Assembly (NCBI GenBank): GCA_951406725.2 | Contig: OX597834.1 | Span: 11,780,001 to 11,844,000 of the forward strand | Direction of reading: 5' to 3' | DNA from: Octopus vulgaris | Taxonomy: Eukaryota | Length of the DNA: 64,000 bases | Shown: positions 26,373-40,176 of the stretch, one piece after another | Numbering within the stretch: position 1 is the stretch's first letter | Layout of the letters: every line of letters begins with the position of its first letter | Made by a program: the position numbers and the translations under genes | Notes under the pieces: generated by a model | What the model was told of the DNA's origin: nothing | The model's input: only the letters and a program-made list of their open reading frames with translations | Database searches by the model: none

Positions 26373-26713
26373 GATGACCGCCTTCGGTCAGACACTGACC
26401 ATGGGTTTGCACCTAGAGAGTTACCCTCTGAGGCACAAGTCTGGGCAAGGTTGTTTTATGGAAGACCAGCAGTTGACCATGCATACCAGCCTCCCCTCTC
26501 CACGTCGCCGATGTTGTCCAAGGGAAAGGCAAAGGGGCCGATACAGCTTGGCACCTGTGACGTCGCAACTCATTTCTACAGCTGAGTGAACTGGAGCAAC
26601 GTGAAATAAAGTGTCTTGCTCAAGAACACAACACGCAGCCCGGTCCGGGATTCGAGCTCACAACCTCACGATCGTAAGCTCGATGCTCTAACCACTGAGC
26701 CACGCGTCTCCAC
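26373..26713 (-). mobile_element. tRNA-derived SINE, family D (V-domain-like)
   Basis: Reverse complement: gtggagacgcgtggctcagtggttagagc...gagctcgaatcccgg...gtgttcttgagcaagacactt. TSD tttagttt at 26365-26372 and 26714-26721. Confidence 0.88.
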
Positions 26714-27032
26714 TTTAGTTTATTAGTATTTTATTGCAGGAGACTGCTGGGGTTCACGTAAAATGTATTCTATCTTTTAAAAAAGTAACTTATAATATGA
26801 TATTGGTATTCATTAGCTGGGATCGGTATTTAGCAAATAGGCTTATGATCAAAGATATTCAGGTAACTGCCATCCAGTTGCACTTTGGTACCTGATATGT
26901 CATCTTAGTTTCGATAACGAAGTGGGATTTGAAGAAGGTTAAGCAATTATGGTGAGTAAGTGGACCTGCAATTTAGGGGTCTTTTTCATTATTTCGTCTT
27001 TTCTGTTTATATATATATATATATATATAAGT

Positions 27033-27457
27033 GTAGGAATGGCTATGTGGTAAGTAGCTTGTTTACCAACCACAAGGTTCCGGGTTCAGTCCCACTGCGT
27101 GGCACCAACCAAAGCTTTCTGAGTGGATTTGAAAGAAACTGAAAGAAGCCTGTCGTATATATGTATATATATATATATATATATATTAGGTGTGTACATG
27201 TTTGTGTGTCTGTTTGCCCTCCCCTCCCCTCCCAACATCGCTTGACAACCGATGGTTGTGTGTTTAGTACTAGGCTTACAAAGAATTAGTCCTGGAGTCG
27301 ATTTGCTCGACTAAAGGTGGTGCCAAGCTGTATCAGGCCTTTGTCTTTCCTTTGGATGACATCGGATCTTCCATAAAATAAACTTTCCCAGACTTGTGCC
27401 TCGGAAAATTAAGTTTCCAGATGTAATCTCTTGGTCAATCGTGGCTGGAGAGGTCTT
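27033..27457 (+). mobile_element. SINE family B (internally deleted) fused to a family D tail
   Basis: Family B runs to cgactaaaggtggtgc, then caagctgtatcaggcctttg...cttccataaaa...cccagacttgtgcctc (family D tail). Confidence 0.75.
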
Positions 27458-28321
27458 AATACGTTAATGATAAGCTCTTTTTTTCAGTTGTCTGACACGA
27501 TTTTCTTGTATGCAACATCAGTACGGACATCTATATGGTCTAAGATCATGAGTCTAGGATTTTGGTTGAAGGTTAAAGAATTGTAAGTACGTCTGAGATT
27601 CTGAAAAATCGATAGAGACTCTTTATTGCAGTATGTTTTGGGCACTCTCTTGTGAAATGTACAAGATGACGCGTCATCGTGTTATGATGTAACTACTTGT
27701 TATTTCCATCTGACTGCGTTTTTACTATTTTTTTTCAAGACTTAAATTATTAAATATAGCAGAACAAGTAATATTATATCTGACTTGTATAAATTTTAGA
27801 TACTTTACGACTGCGTACTCAATCGTAAATAATATCGGGTGTGTAGAATTTACATAAGAGCGCCTGCTCGAAATGACTGATAAATCACGATCACTCATTT
27901 ACATGAATGATGGAAGAGCATCGCAGACATATAACCAAACTCTGATTACATCATATTTGATAATATCTTAGTCGCAAAAAATTTCCATCAGTGTCAGCTG
28001 TAATAGATTGGTCTGACATGAAATTCGAGTAAAGAGATAAAGCAGAAACTTAGAAGATTATTGTGGACGATACAGTTGAAGAATATGTTGATGTCAAGGG
28101 CTATAATATCACTTTCGCCAAATGCAATATTTCGTCCTCTGACGTATGTCGTAGAAAAACAGACAAACTGTTGAATACTGCAAGTCACAAGGGATTAAAA
28201 ATGATAAATTAGGTGATTACATACTGCTATTTCTTATTCGCCTCTTCTTCCATCGGCACGTATCTATTCCCTGACGCTTTCATCTTCTTTATTCATTTCC
28301 TCTTCCTTATTTGGTCCATTC

Positions 28322-28730
28322 TCTTTTATACTCTCTTTTATACTTGTTTCAGTCATTTTGACTGCGGCCATGCTGGAGCACCGCCTTTAGTCGAGCAAAT
28401 CGACTCCGGGACTTATTTTTTTGTAAGCCCAGTACTTATTCTATCGATATCTTTTGCCGAACCGCTAAGTGACGGGGACGTAAACACACCAGCATCGGTT
28501 GTCAAGCAATGCTAGGGGGACAAACACAGACACACAAACACATATATATATATATATAATATATATACGACAGGCTTCTTTCAGTTTCCGTCTACCAAGT
28601 CCACTCACAAGGCATTGGTCGGCCCGGGGCTATAGCAAAAGACACTTACACAAGATGCCACGCAGTGGGACTGAACCCGGAACCATGTGGTTGGTTTGCA
28701 AGCTACTTGCCACACAGCCACTCCTGCGCC
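28322..28730 (-). mobile_element. SINE family B, full length
   Basis: Same landmarks as 20597-21015. Confidence 0.92.
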
Positions 28731-28808
28731 ATTGTTTAATTTTCTTTCTTTATTTTCTTTCTATTTCTTTCGCGTCTTTTTTTTTGTTGTTAATATTAAT
28801 GTTGCTGA

Positions 28809-29012
28809 GGACGGCGAACAGGCAGAAACGTCACTACGCCGGGCGAAATTACTTATCGGTATTTCGTCTGCCGTTACGTTCTGAGTTCAAATTCCGCCAA
28901 GGTGGACTTTGCCTTTCATCATTTCGGGGTCGATAAATTAAATATCAGTTACGCACTGGGGTCGATGTAATCGAGTTAATCCCTTTGTCTGTCCCTGTTT
29001 GTCCTCTCTATG
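28809..29012 (+). mobile_element. SINE family A
   Basis: ggcagaaacg...gagttcaaattccgcc...gcctttcatc..tcggggtcgataaatt; a more decayed copy follows at about 29050-29175. Confidence 0.85.
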
Positions 29013-29439
29013 AAACAAAATATGATAATAAGGTTATGATTGTAGATAAGACGGCGAGCTGGTAGAGTTATTGGCACCCGGGGGAAATATTTAGCGGCGT
29101 TCAAATTCCGCTGAAGTCCATTTAACGACTATCCTTCTCCGTTAAATTTCAGGTTTTGTGCTGAAAATGGAAAGGAGGAGAATTATGAATCTAAATCTAA
29201 ATATGATGGTTTGCTGGTACAATCGTTAACAGCTTTCCTTAGAGGTCTTTAGGTCCTGTGTTCAAATTTCGCTGAGGTAGACTTTGTCTTATCTCTTCTA
29301 GTTCGCCAAAATAAAATCCCGTTGTAACACTGCAATTGTTTATATATATATATATACATTTGGCGAAAAATGCGAGTGAAGATGTATACGTTTTCATAGT
29401 CACGTATACGTACGCACATGTGAGCGTATGAGTAGCCAT

Positions 29440-29700
29440 GCTAACGTGTTTACTATGAACTTTTAATCTTAATTTATATAAGTAGCTGAATTATAACAGT
29501 AATTTCCTTTTATATAACGGTATTTTTTCATAGCGTTTTTCAGATGGCCAGGTAACCGAAGAGATGGTGTTGTGGGTTTCCACTTCGGCATCCGAAACTC
29601 AGAGTTTTATCTTGGCTATTGTCACATATTAATTTACAGATAAATTTCCTCTATTTACATAATATTGAGGTCTCTTTCTTTTGTTATCTTACCGTTTTTA

Positions 29701-29704
<4 letters not shown>
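29440..29704 (+). mobile_element. Penelope-like fragment abutting (TA)n, with hammerhead 29546-29617
   Basis: gccaggtaa CCGAAGA gatg...catc c GAAA ctc-a-gag TT ttatcttggc. Homologous to 17009-17080. Confidence 0.68.
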
Positions 29705-29793
<89 letters not shown>

Positions 29794-31016
29794 GAAATCA
29801 CCAAGATTGACTTGTCTTGAAACTATAACAAATTTTAGAAAACGGACATGAAAGTTATGCAAGTTGAGGAATATAGGACGATACTGCTTTACGAATATTT
29901 AGAATGAAGAGGAAAGTCCTAATTTCTCGATCACTCCTATGACTATCCTTAGAGGTAAATTTTCATTCTCTTTACAGAAATGGCCGGGAGTTTCATTTCA
30001 TTTCATTGAATTATAAAAAGCGCTATTATGTTGCGTCCTCATAAAGACAACTATCTAAAACAATACGTCAAATACACCACACACTTAAACACATCACCAT
30101 CATCATCATAATCTACTCTCTTTTCTCCTCATCTAACATCATGGTTTTCATTATATTTCTTACATGTGTTTTAAATTTTCTTCTCATTGTTTTCCGTGTT
30201 GTTTTTTTTGTGGTTGCTGTTATTCGTAATCTGTCTCTAAACTATGTTTTCTGCTATTTTTTTTTCTCTTTATATAATTTTGTTTCCCATATTTTTTTTT
30301 TATTCTACCCACCCATCTCTACCATACCCCTCACTCTCCTTTCTATTTCAATTATGCGCCATTTTATTTTTGTGTTTTTCAGTTTCGCTTTCTGAAATTT
30401 CTTTCCGTTCTTTGTCTTCTCCTTGTGTTTAACTTTCTTGCTTCTCGCAATTTTACATTATTATTACCGTTTATTTATTTATTCAATTTTTATTTTACAA
30501 TTTTTTCTATTTTTTTGATCACTTGCTTAAAGAAAATTCTTCCATTATATCTCGTCGCTGGACAAATTTACCATTAAATTTCTGACGTGGACACAAAAAT
30601 GAACGGAAAAGACAGACGGAAATAGATCGGCAAGATATCAAAATGCAATCTGTCATTGGTCTGCTCAAAGAGCGGACATTTGCAACATAACATTATTGTT
30701 CATTGCACAATATTTAATTCAGTTTTGCTATTCCAAAGTGTTTTGCTGACACTGTGTTAACTGAACGAATGAGTCAAATTCAAACAACACAATAACTAAA
30801 TACAATAAAATTAAAGGAAAGAAAAACAACCAACGGAGGAAACATACGCAGACATGAAAAATAACATAAAACACAACTAAAATGTCTGAGGATGTTGAAA
30901 AGTAAGACTCTGTGAAAACACAGTGATTAAGAACTGAAATAAAAGATACCTTCTTACTGCTGTTGTCGAGAACGGATTTTGCAATGGCTGGTTTCACTAA
31001 TGCTTTTACTATAGAC

Positions 31017-31064
<48 letters not shown>

Positions 31065-31071
31065 TATATTA

Positions 31072-31111
<40 letters not shown>

Positions 31112-31123
31112 GTACATATATTA

Positions 31124-31167
<44 letters not shown>

Positions 31168-31372
31168 GTACATATATTAGTATATATATATATATACATA
31201 TGTACATACATTAGTATATATGTACATACATACATTCATATATATACACATTTATACACACAAAAGCGCACACACACACAAATTCCTCCATTATATATAT
31301 ATATATGTACATACATACGTTAATATATATACACATTTATACACACAAAATCGCACACACACAAATTCCTCC

Positions 31373-31413
<41 letters not shown>

Positions 31414-31468
31414 GCATTTTAAAGTTTGTCTGTCTCGTATATGATTATTAGTGCATATCATGACTAGA

Positions 31469-31606
31469 ATTCTGTTGTGTCTGGGGAGAGTCATTCTCTT
31501 TTAGTGCCTTATTATTTTAACACACTCACCGGTAAAACTTTCACCGGTGAGTGTGTTAAATAATAAGGCACTAAAACAGAATGACTCTCCCCAGACACAA
31601 TAGAAT
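31469..31606. repeat. ~64-bp-arm inverted repeat with 9-nt loop
   Basis: attctgttgtgtctggggagagtcattct...cactcaccggt aaaactttc accggtgagtg...agaatgactctccccagacacaatagaat. Confidence 0.95.
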
Positions 31607-31926
31607 ATGCTTCAACACACGAACTCATATAAAGAATCTTGCAAACCAAATCCAAAAACGAAATATGACTGGAATTGTTTGTATTTCTGCTGGTTAGCCC
31701 CAGGCCATACTCGTCTGAGCATGCTTATGATTACGATTGCTTTTTTTTTTCTTATTTTGGGAAAGAGCACTTATATTCATTGCCGTCTCAAAATTTTCAC
31801 GGACATTGTACAGAAAGTGCTACATTATTATTATTATTTGATTGAATTTCTCGGCTTATTTTACTGGGTATAAAAGGAAAGTGTCAGCTGTCCACAACCA
31901 GCACACTAAGTTGACACTTGGTTACT

Positions 31927-32153
31927 GGCGGCGAGCTGCAGAAACGTTAGCACGCCGGGCGAAATGCTTAGCGGTATTTCGTCTGCGTTACGTTGTGAGT
32001 TCAAATTCCGCCGAGGTCGACTTTGCCTTTCATCCTTTCGGGGTCAATGAATTAAATACCAGTTGCGCACTGGGGTCGATGTAATCGGCTTAATCCCTTT
32101 GTCTGTCCTTGTTTGTCCCCTCTATGTTTGGCCCCTTGTGGGTAGTAAAGAAA
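31927..32153 (+). mobile_element. SINE family A
   Basis: Full head, central domain and tail; imperfect TSD acact..ttactgg. Confidence 0.9.
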
Positions 32154-32444
32154 TAAACACTCGTTTACTGGTCATGTAACTTCAAAGAAGCTCAAAATAG
32201 AATTCAAAATCGAAAATAGTATCTCAGCTTAACCAGATCTGTAATTTCTCTTGTTCTCAACATTTTTGAGTGTATGTAGAGGGGGTTCCTACATACATAC
32301 GTATGTATGTAGGTACCCCCTCTACATACATACGTACATACATGTACATATTTATACACATTTATAAATTCATTTATATATATATATATATATTTATTTA
32401 TGTATATATACATTTATAAATATATTTATTTATAGATATACATA

Positions 32445-32527
32445 TAAACACACGTACATATATATACCCATATATATATTTATATATATATATATATATA
32501 TATATACAAACACGTACATATATATAC

Positions 32528-32562
<35 letters not shown>

Positions 32563-32583
32563 AACACGTACATATATATACCC

Positions 32584-32634
<51 letters not shown>

Positions 32635-32670
32635 CAAACACACGTACATATATATACCCATATATATATA
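32445..32670. repeat. minisatellite aaacacgtacatatatataccca-(TA)n x4
   Basis: Direct reading. Confidence 0.85.
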
Positions 32671-33399
32671 CATTTATGTATTTATATATTCATATATATA
32701 CACACACACACACATATATATATGTATATATATATATACATATATATATATGAGAATAATCTGAAGATATGTGTTCGTGTGTATGTATATATATATATAT
32801 AAACATATATGAAATATATCCCTGTATATATTTATATGCGCATGTACGCATTTGTGTGTGTGTGTGTGCGTGTGTGCGCGCGCGTTTGTGTGCCGGGGAA
32901 GAAACAGATCTAAGAGAGCGAGAGATATGTGAGGTAACTACATTTCATGAAGAATTGTAGATGAAACTGAATGAAAACGAAATAGAAGCAGATCTCTTAC
33001 TGTTAAAGCAACGAGAAAAATACAGGAAATAGACCCATTTGTAATGTAAGAACACAGAATGAACCATTCCACAAAACGGATATTGAACAATATCAAGTGG
33101 AGTAACCGAAAAGTTACAGTAGTTTTGTATCGCAAAACATTTTATCGCAGCAAAACCGAACGATTGTTATTTGAACAATTACTGTTACACAAGAAGATTG
33201 ACTCAACTAATACGTCGAGAACTTTTTCTTTGCTTAAGGTCGTTATCACTAACCTTAAAAGCAGCATATCATTTAAATTTTAAAAGAAACACAGTTTCAT
33301 ACAATTCATTCTAAAGGTTTAGAACGGTAAGTTTCAGCGCTCCCAGTATGAGGAGATAACTGTTTCTGTGTTCACTGTCAAATATTTCATAGGACCACG

Positions 33400-34110
33400 C
33401 GCAAGTCTCTACAAGATATGTGACTTAGAATAGCAAGGTCCTTAACCGGTTTAAGACTGTCAATCTAACTCTTTTTAGTCTTTTTTTTTTTACTCTTTCA
33501 CTTGTTTCAGTCATTTGACTGCGGCCATGCTGGAGCACCGCCTTTAGTCGAGCAAATCAACCTCAGGACCTATTCTTTGCAAGCCTAGTACTTAGTCTAT
33601 CGGTGTTTTGCCGAACCATTAAGTTAAGGGGACATAAACACACCAGCATCGGTTGTCAAGCGATGTTGGGGGGACAAACACAAATGCACATATATATATA
33701 TATATATACGACGGGTTTCTTTCAGTTTCCATCTTCCAAATCCACTCACAAGGCTTTGGTCGGCCCGAGACTATAGTAGAACCCCCATTTGCGCTCATGT
33801 TCGCGATCATGTTCTGTAGGTCATTATTACCTATAATACTTGCCCACAATTGAGGATAGGTATGAAAACTGAACTCAAGACAAGAAGTTTAGCTTTCGGT
33901 ATGAATCTCTTCTCTTTTGAATGTCGATCACTGAAACTATCACAATTTTGTACCAGCTCCCGTATTTGAAGCACCTAATTCAGCCTCTTGTCTCATAGCA
34001 ACCGTAAATACAGTTCAGACGTACTTAAACCCCTTTACTTGCCTCAGCTGCGTTCCAATCGCATGCACAGAGCACTTGGAATACATCCCTAAGAATATCA
34101 ATCCAAAACA
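33400..34110 (-). pseudogene. RTE-clade LINE reverse transcriptase relic interrupted by SINE B
   Basis: Minus strand IGTQLRQVKGFKYV*TVFT...KAKLLVLSSVFIPILNCGQ..VMTYRT.SR..AQMG matches the RTE pattern QVE.FKYLG...KAKL.I..S.F.P.L.YG.E.W. Confidence 0.7.
33486..33780 (-). mobile_element. SINE family B, 5'-truncated
   Basis: Tail to ggcccgagactatagtaga. Confidence 0.88.
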
Positions 34111-34356
34111 GCTGATTAAACGAGCTACTCGGAGTAACTTCACTGGATATGAGAACATGCTAGACAAGTTAACCCACTTTACATCTTAAGTAGTGAAAAT
34201 TAGCCTCATTTGTTTTCAGTAGTTATGTTTTCACTCATTAGTATTCGCAATTGCAAAGCCTGATCAATGACAGCCCGAATTCCTTCTGAGTAAGAGTGTG
34301 GTCAAACACCATAAGTTAACTGATAATTATAAACGTATAAACTCCTTTATCAAGTA

Positions 34357-34695
34357 CTAGCAATATTGCCCGTTTTTATATCTTGATTTTTAAAAATTTT
34401 TCATGCAATTTACGCATGCTTGCACGCGTGGTGAACACAGTTCACATCAAACAGCTGACTGAGTAAAGTTCACTATTCAATGCATGGTATAAGGCCTAAA
34501 CAAACGCATTATCGTTTTTTGCACTTGCGAGAGAAATTTCGGAACAGAATTAGCGCAGTTCAATTTTCATTCACTTAAACTTTAAGTGACCCATTTTTAG
34601 TGGTTCTACGATTTGTTGGCTAGGAGGAGATGTGCCGGGAAGTTAAACACACAGATACACACACAGACACACAAGTTGAGTTTTATATATATAGA
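34357..34695 (-). mobile_element. non-autonomous Helitron
   Basis: Reverse complement starts a|TCtatatatataaaactcaacttgtgtgtctgt (like 54507) and ends cgggcaatattgCTAG|t. Confidence 0.7.
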
Positions 34696-35062
34696 TTATA
34701 TTCTGTTTGACACATAATCACCCACTTATACAGAGAAAGAGATAGATAGATAGAGAGAGAGGGGGTGGAAGAGAGATATAAGTTCATTTGCATATACACA
34801 TGTTTGAATGTATGCGAATGTGTAAGTTTCGGTTGATATGTACACATTCAACAGAATTCATATGCACGGACGTGAGTGAAGAAATGTTGCTATCGAGTGA
34901 ACTGAAATGAATTACAAGAAACAGAGGCAAATATTCTCTCTTTGATATCTTCTTTCCCACCATCCTTCTGTCAAGCAGATTCTTTCTTTGTTTCATCCTT
35001 CCTTCCTTCCTCGTTCCTTCTCTCACTCACTTGGTCACTCTCTTTCTCTCCCTGTATATATA

Positions 35063-35094
<32 letters not shown>

Positions 35095-35129
35095 CACACA
35101 TGCGTTTATATGTATGGGCATATGCATAC

Positions 35130-35183
<54 letters not shown>

Positions 35184-35314
35184 TTATATTTGTGTGTGTG
35201 TGTGTGTGTATATATATATACACATGCGTTTATATGTATGTGCATATGTATACATAAAACATATATACATACATATATATATATATTGATTGAAATGGTA
35301 AGACACCAACAGAA

Positions 35315-35359
<45 letters not shown>

Positions 35360-36392
35360 CTATACTTGTGTGTATGCGCGCTTTCTTGTGTCTTTCTATG
35401 TATGTATTAATTAGCAGTCTGAATAATCGGTCTATTGTGAACGAAACGCAATGAAGATTGCCAGTCGTTTGTGTACGAGAAAAATTAATCATAGTTTGCA
35501 AGATTCCCATCAAGCATATTTAATATCCGGCTTAGCAAACAGATGTCATTCGCCATGATTGTTAGCTTAGCGTAAAATACATCGGCTACGACACAGAATG
35601 AATGTGAAATATCGCTTTTGAATTTGCTAAAACTGACAAATAGTCCAACGTTACAAACGTGATGGGGTTAGCAGTAGGTTTATGAGTGTTATGGCGATTT
35701 CACTCTTATTTCGTTATATTTTCGTTATCATATGCATTCATCACACTAGCCGAAACGACTGCGTATGATAAATTCTGATACCTCTATAATGAAATTATCT
35801 AATGAAGCGTAGCGATTAGCCGGGGATTAATCACAAGCAATTGTTTTTCTCTATATGCAGCATTCTTTTGCTATATGGAGGCGTAGTGAATGTGTCGGTC
35901 CTTACTTCATAAATAACAAATCGAACGTGTCTTAGTTCAGGGACCGCCATCATTTATCGTATTTTGCCATATGTTGCCATGTTTTAGTCACAACGCTATT
36001 TCCGACTCATAATAACGAGTTTGTATATAAAGCGCTTTAATTGTCCATTGTTTCTATAATCTTATTGTGTATATTTGTATGAGTGAAGTGTTTCTGCCTT
36101 TTATCTCTCGGGACAATGAAACAGATGAATAAAAAAACAATTGAATTAGCAAAATCCGTTCAGTGTCAGCATTCATCCAGGCACTCACGGTTTAAGTTCA
36201 CATCATACTGCGGTAAAATCTCTTGACTTATCTCTTGCTTTCTTCTGTCTGTCTTTCTCTCTCTCTCTAGCTCTCGTTCTCTGTCTCTCCATTTCTCTTT
36301 CTTTCTCACATCTTTCCTCTCCGTACAATTGTCTCCGGGTTTCTATTCTCCATCTCCCTCCCTGGCAGTTCGTCATATCTCCGCATTTAAAA

Positions 36393-36622
36393 GGCGGCGA
36401 GCTGGCAGAAACGTTAGCACGCCGGGCGAAATGCGTAGCCGTATTTCGTCTGTCGTTACGTTCTGAGTTCAAATCCCGCCGAGGTCGACTTTACTTTTCA
36501 TCCTTTCGGTGTCGATAAATAAAGTACTAGTTTCCAACTGGGGTCGATGTAATCGATTTAACCCGTTTGTCTGTCCTTGTTTGTCCCCTCTATGTTTAGC
36601 CCCTTGTGGGTAGTAAAGAAAT
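36393..36622 (+). mobile_element. SINE family A
   Basis: Full-length consensus-like copy. Confidence 0.92.
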
Positions 36623-37037
36623 ATATTTTCTCCAAGTCGCTTTCTCTCTCATTCTCTCTATTCCAGCTGCTCTGGAGGTTATCTCTTCGTTTTTAAATCA
36701 GATGCGGACAGTAATTGGCCGGCCAACCTTTACATTTCCCACCATCCTATGAAGAAATAAAAACTCACCAACACCAAACAAATATCGTTCTTTGTCAAGA
36801 CGGTGCCTCACCAAAACAATCTTGAACCAAGTGTTCAAAACAGGGCATCTCCTCACACATATATAAAACGTACCTAAATGCATATATACACACGCGCGCG
36901 CACTGGCCCATTCGCACGTACACACGCGCACTCACACACACACACACACATATATATATATAAATATAGGTCATAAATATATATCGCATATTTTAATCAT
37001 CTCTCTCTCTCTCTCCCTATACATACATATATATATA

Positions 37038-37224
37038 TCACGTGACTGACCAGTCCATCAGATGTAGTTACACATCGCTGGTGACAATGCGTTCGCCTTG
37101 TTTTAGCCTTCGAATGACGTCACCCTGCTGGCTAAGCCAGCAGGCCAACAGAAAAAAAGAGTGGGAGAAAGAGTGGTGAAAGAGTACAGCAGGGATCACC
37201 ACCCCCTGCCGGAGCCTCGTGGAG

Positions 37225-37228
<4 letters not shown>
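37038..37228 (-). mobile_element. SINE family C, headless (tail type 3)
   Basis: Tail catcagatgtagttacacatcgctggtgacaatgcg is shared with 53161; broken by (TA)n. Confidence 0.8.
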
Positions 37229-37268
<40 letters not shown>

Positions 37269-37427
37269 AGGTTTGGAGATGATGTACAGATATTTTATAT
37301 TAGAAGAAATGAGGTACTCAGAAAATCGGATGCTTTTATATTTACAGATATGTATTTGTATATCACATTTTTTATACATCATATAACTTAGATCATGTAT
37401 TCGCGCATTCTCCCATATATATATATA

Positions 37428-37802
37428 CTAGCAGTATCGCCCGGCGTTGCTCAGGTTTGTAAGGGAAATAACTATAAAGCATTTTTAGAGAGTTATAGCC
37501 AAAAAATAGCCAAAAAATGGAAAAAAATGATGGTAAATTTTTTTTTGAGAGTTAAAGAAGGTGGAGTTGCGTCCCCTAGACAGTTTGCGGTTTGTGTTTC
37601 TGATTCTCGACCCCATGTCGAATTTATCGATTTTTTCAGAACTGGGGGAACTTTTCAAAATTTTCGCTGCGTTAGTTTTGAATTATGACATTGGGCTATG
37701 TGTGTGTCAAGTTTCATCAGAATCGGTTGAAAGCCGTGGTCAGGGTGAGGGTACAAGCAAACAGACACACAGAAACACGCACAGACAAACTGCCGTGAGA
37801 GA
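37428..37802 (-). mobile_element. non-autonomous Helitron
   Basis: Reverse complement 5' a|TC...; 3' cctgagcaacgccgggcgatactgCTAG|t with GC hairpin; inserted in (TA)n. Confidence 0.82.
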
Positions 37803-38068
37803 TATATATGTATGTGCTTGAGTATGTATGTGTGTGTGTGTGATTTTCTGTGTATACGTGTGAGTGCAGTCTTGTGTCAGTGCAATATAATATATCTCGG
37901 ATTTCTTTTACTTTACCAAATATATAGGAGTTAGAGAATATTCTGCGACTCTTCGGGAATGAACACACGGCACAATTTTCTTCTGAAGATGATAGTGGTA
38001 ATACTATTCATAACAGAGTGTGTTCGTACAGGCGTGCAAAATTGTTGGCGAACATCAAGTGATTTGTG

Positions 38069-38123
<55 letters not shown>

Positions 38124-38393
38124 CCAAAATTATATATATATACTATCATACATACTCACACACACACACACGCAAAACGCACGCACAGATATTTATGCCT
38201 GTGAGTGTTTGTGTGCGCGCGTATATGTGCGCAGACAAACAGGCACACTCTTATTGATGCTGAGATCAAAGAGCTATGAATGCAATACCGATAACAATTC
38301 CAATGCCAAGAACAATAGTCGATCAATGATTTTTACCTTATCTTGAGACTAGCAAATATATATACATATATATGTAGAGAGAGAGAGTGAAAG

Positions 38394-38426
<33 letters not shown>

Positions 38427-38909
38427 CTTACATACATACATGTATGTGTGTGTCATGGCAATGATTACAATGAAGATTTGCTTGGTAGGTGATATAGTGC
38501 CGTATATTTCCAATAAGAATCAGCATTGAAAGAAATCATTTCCTTAGAGGAACCGGTCGAAATATCAAGAAAAACCACATTATAAGACAATATGGGAAAC
38601 GGAGGAAGCTGGGGGAGGCGTGGAAGAGGAGGGGTTCAGTAGTCAATAAGGTATTCGAGTAGTAAAAAAGCCCAACTTATTAGTGTTCTTGCTTTCTTCT
38701 TATTATATCATATCATTATTATTATTAATAATAATAATAATAATAATAATAGTAGTTGTTTCTATATTACTGTCAAAAGAACCCTTTCATACATTGTAAT
38801 AAACGAGTTATAAATGGCTTTAAAGGCTGACTGATTCATATCCGAATTTCGATTCATAAAAAGGAATTAAGTATGAACGAGATTACAATGTGTATATGTA
38901 TCTAAGGGA

Positions 38910-39086
38910 AAGAGCTGGATGAGTCGTTAGCAAGCTACGCAAAATGTCTAACGCATCTTCGTGCGTCTTTTCGTTCTGCGTTCTAATTCCGCTGAGGACG
39001 TCGTTGCGTTTTGAAGTCGGTAAAATAGGTATCAGTTGAGCACTAATCCTCTCATCCCCACCCCGAAATTGCTGGTCTTATGCCAG

Positions 39087-39088
<2 letters not shown>
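38910..39088 (+). mobile_element. decayed SINE family A
   Basis: gagctggatgagtcgttagc...gttctgcgttctaattccgctgagg...cccgaaattgctggtcttatgcc. Confidence 0.55.
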
Positions 39089-39133
<45 letters not shown>

Positions 39134-39136
<3 letters not shown>

Positions 39137-39288
39137 GGAAAGTTTACGAATATAAAGAAAAGACGAAAGCAGGTGGAGTACAAACAAACAAATGTATTAG
39201 TATAGCGCTCAGGAATAGAAAAAAGTCTTTTACGTTTCGAGCCTACGCTCTTCGACAGAAAGATACACAGAAAAAAAACAAGGATAGA

Positions 39289-39292
<4 letters not shown>
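39134..39292 (-). mobile_element. (TA)n-embedded Penelope-like fragment, cctgagcg family, with hammerhead-like motif 39226-39263
   Basis: Reverse complement: tcttt CTGTCGA agagc-gta-ggctc GAAACGTA aaaga. Long TA runs on both sides. Confidence 0.75.
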
Positions 39293-39340
<48 letters not shown>

Positions 39341-40114
39341 TCTGTACGGCTTCCTTCTTTTTTCCTCTTTCTTTTTTCTCCCCCCCCTCTCAATTTCTTG
39401 GCATTTTCCTTCTTTAGTTTCTCCACTTTCCCCTATTTTCTCCCTTGCACCTTGCCCTGTGCCTCTCTTCTCTCTCTAGTTCCTTCCCTAATTCTTCAAC
39501 CCCTCTGTAATATATGGATCAACTGTTACCGGTCAGCCATGTGACTCGAACACACATCCCTGTGACTACATGTCAAGTGTTTTAACCTTGAAGCTCAACT
39601 GTCCAGCAACGAATTGTTCTGCAATTTTAGGATTTATTAATCTAACTTTATAAAACGCTAACGTTAAATTCAAAATACGATGAAAGTAAACATAGTTTAC
39701 TTTAGAAGCGTTGAAATGTATTGAAAGATACAGAAATATTTTATTCTCAAACGCATGATAATACTAATACAATAGCATGAACAGGATAAACTATTCATAT
39801 ATTGCAAAAAAAGTCGTTACCGGCCAGCCATGGGCTCAAACTCGCTTCCCTGTGATTACGCGTGAAGTGCTTTCACCTTTATGTAAGTGCAAAGGGTTGC
39901 TTTTTCAGAAAACGAGAAAATGGTTTCACCATCCCATAGCAAAACTGCTGTACTACTCTTTGACATATTTTGATATCTTGGCATTTGAGGAAGCTGGAAA
40001 TATGGCAGATTGACCTAAGAACCGACTACAGCAAACAAAAATATTGAAAAGAAAACGCATTTAGCCAATTTAGACATGCGACACTTTTCCATAGTAGCAA
40101 ATATACATAAATAC

Positions 40115-40155
<41 letters not shown>

Positions 40156-40176
40156 TATATATACACACATATATGT

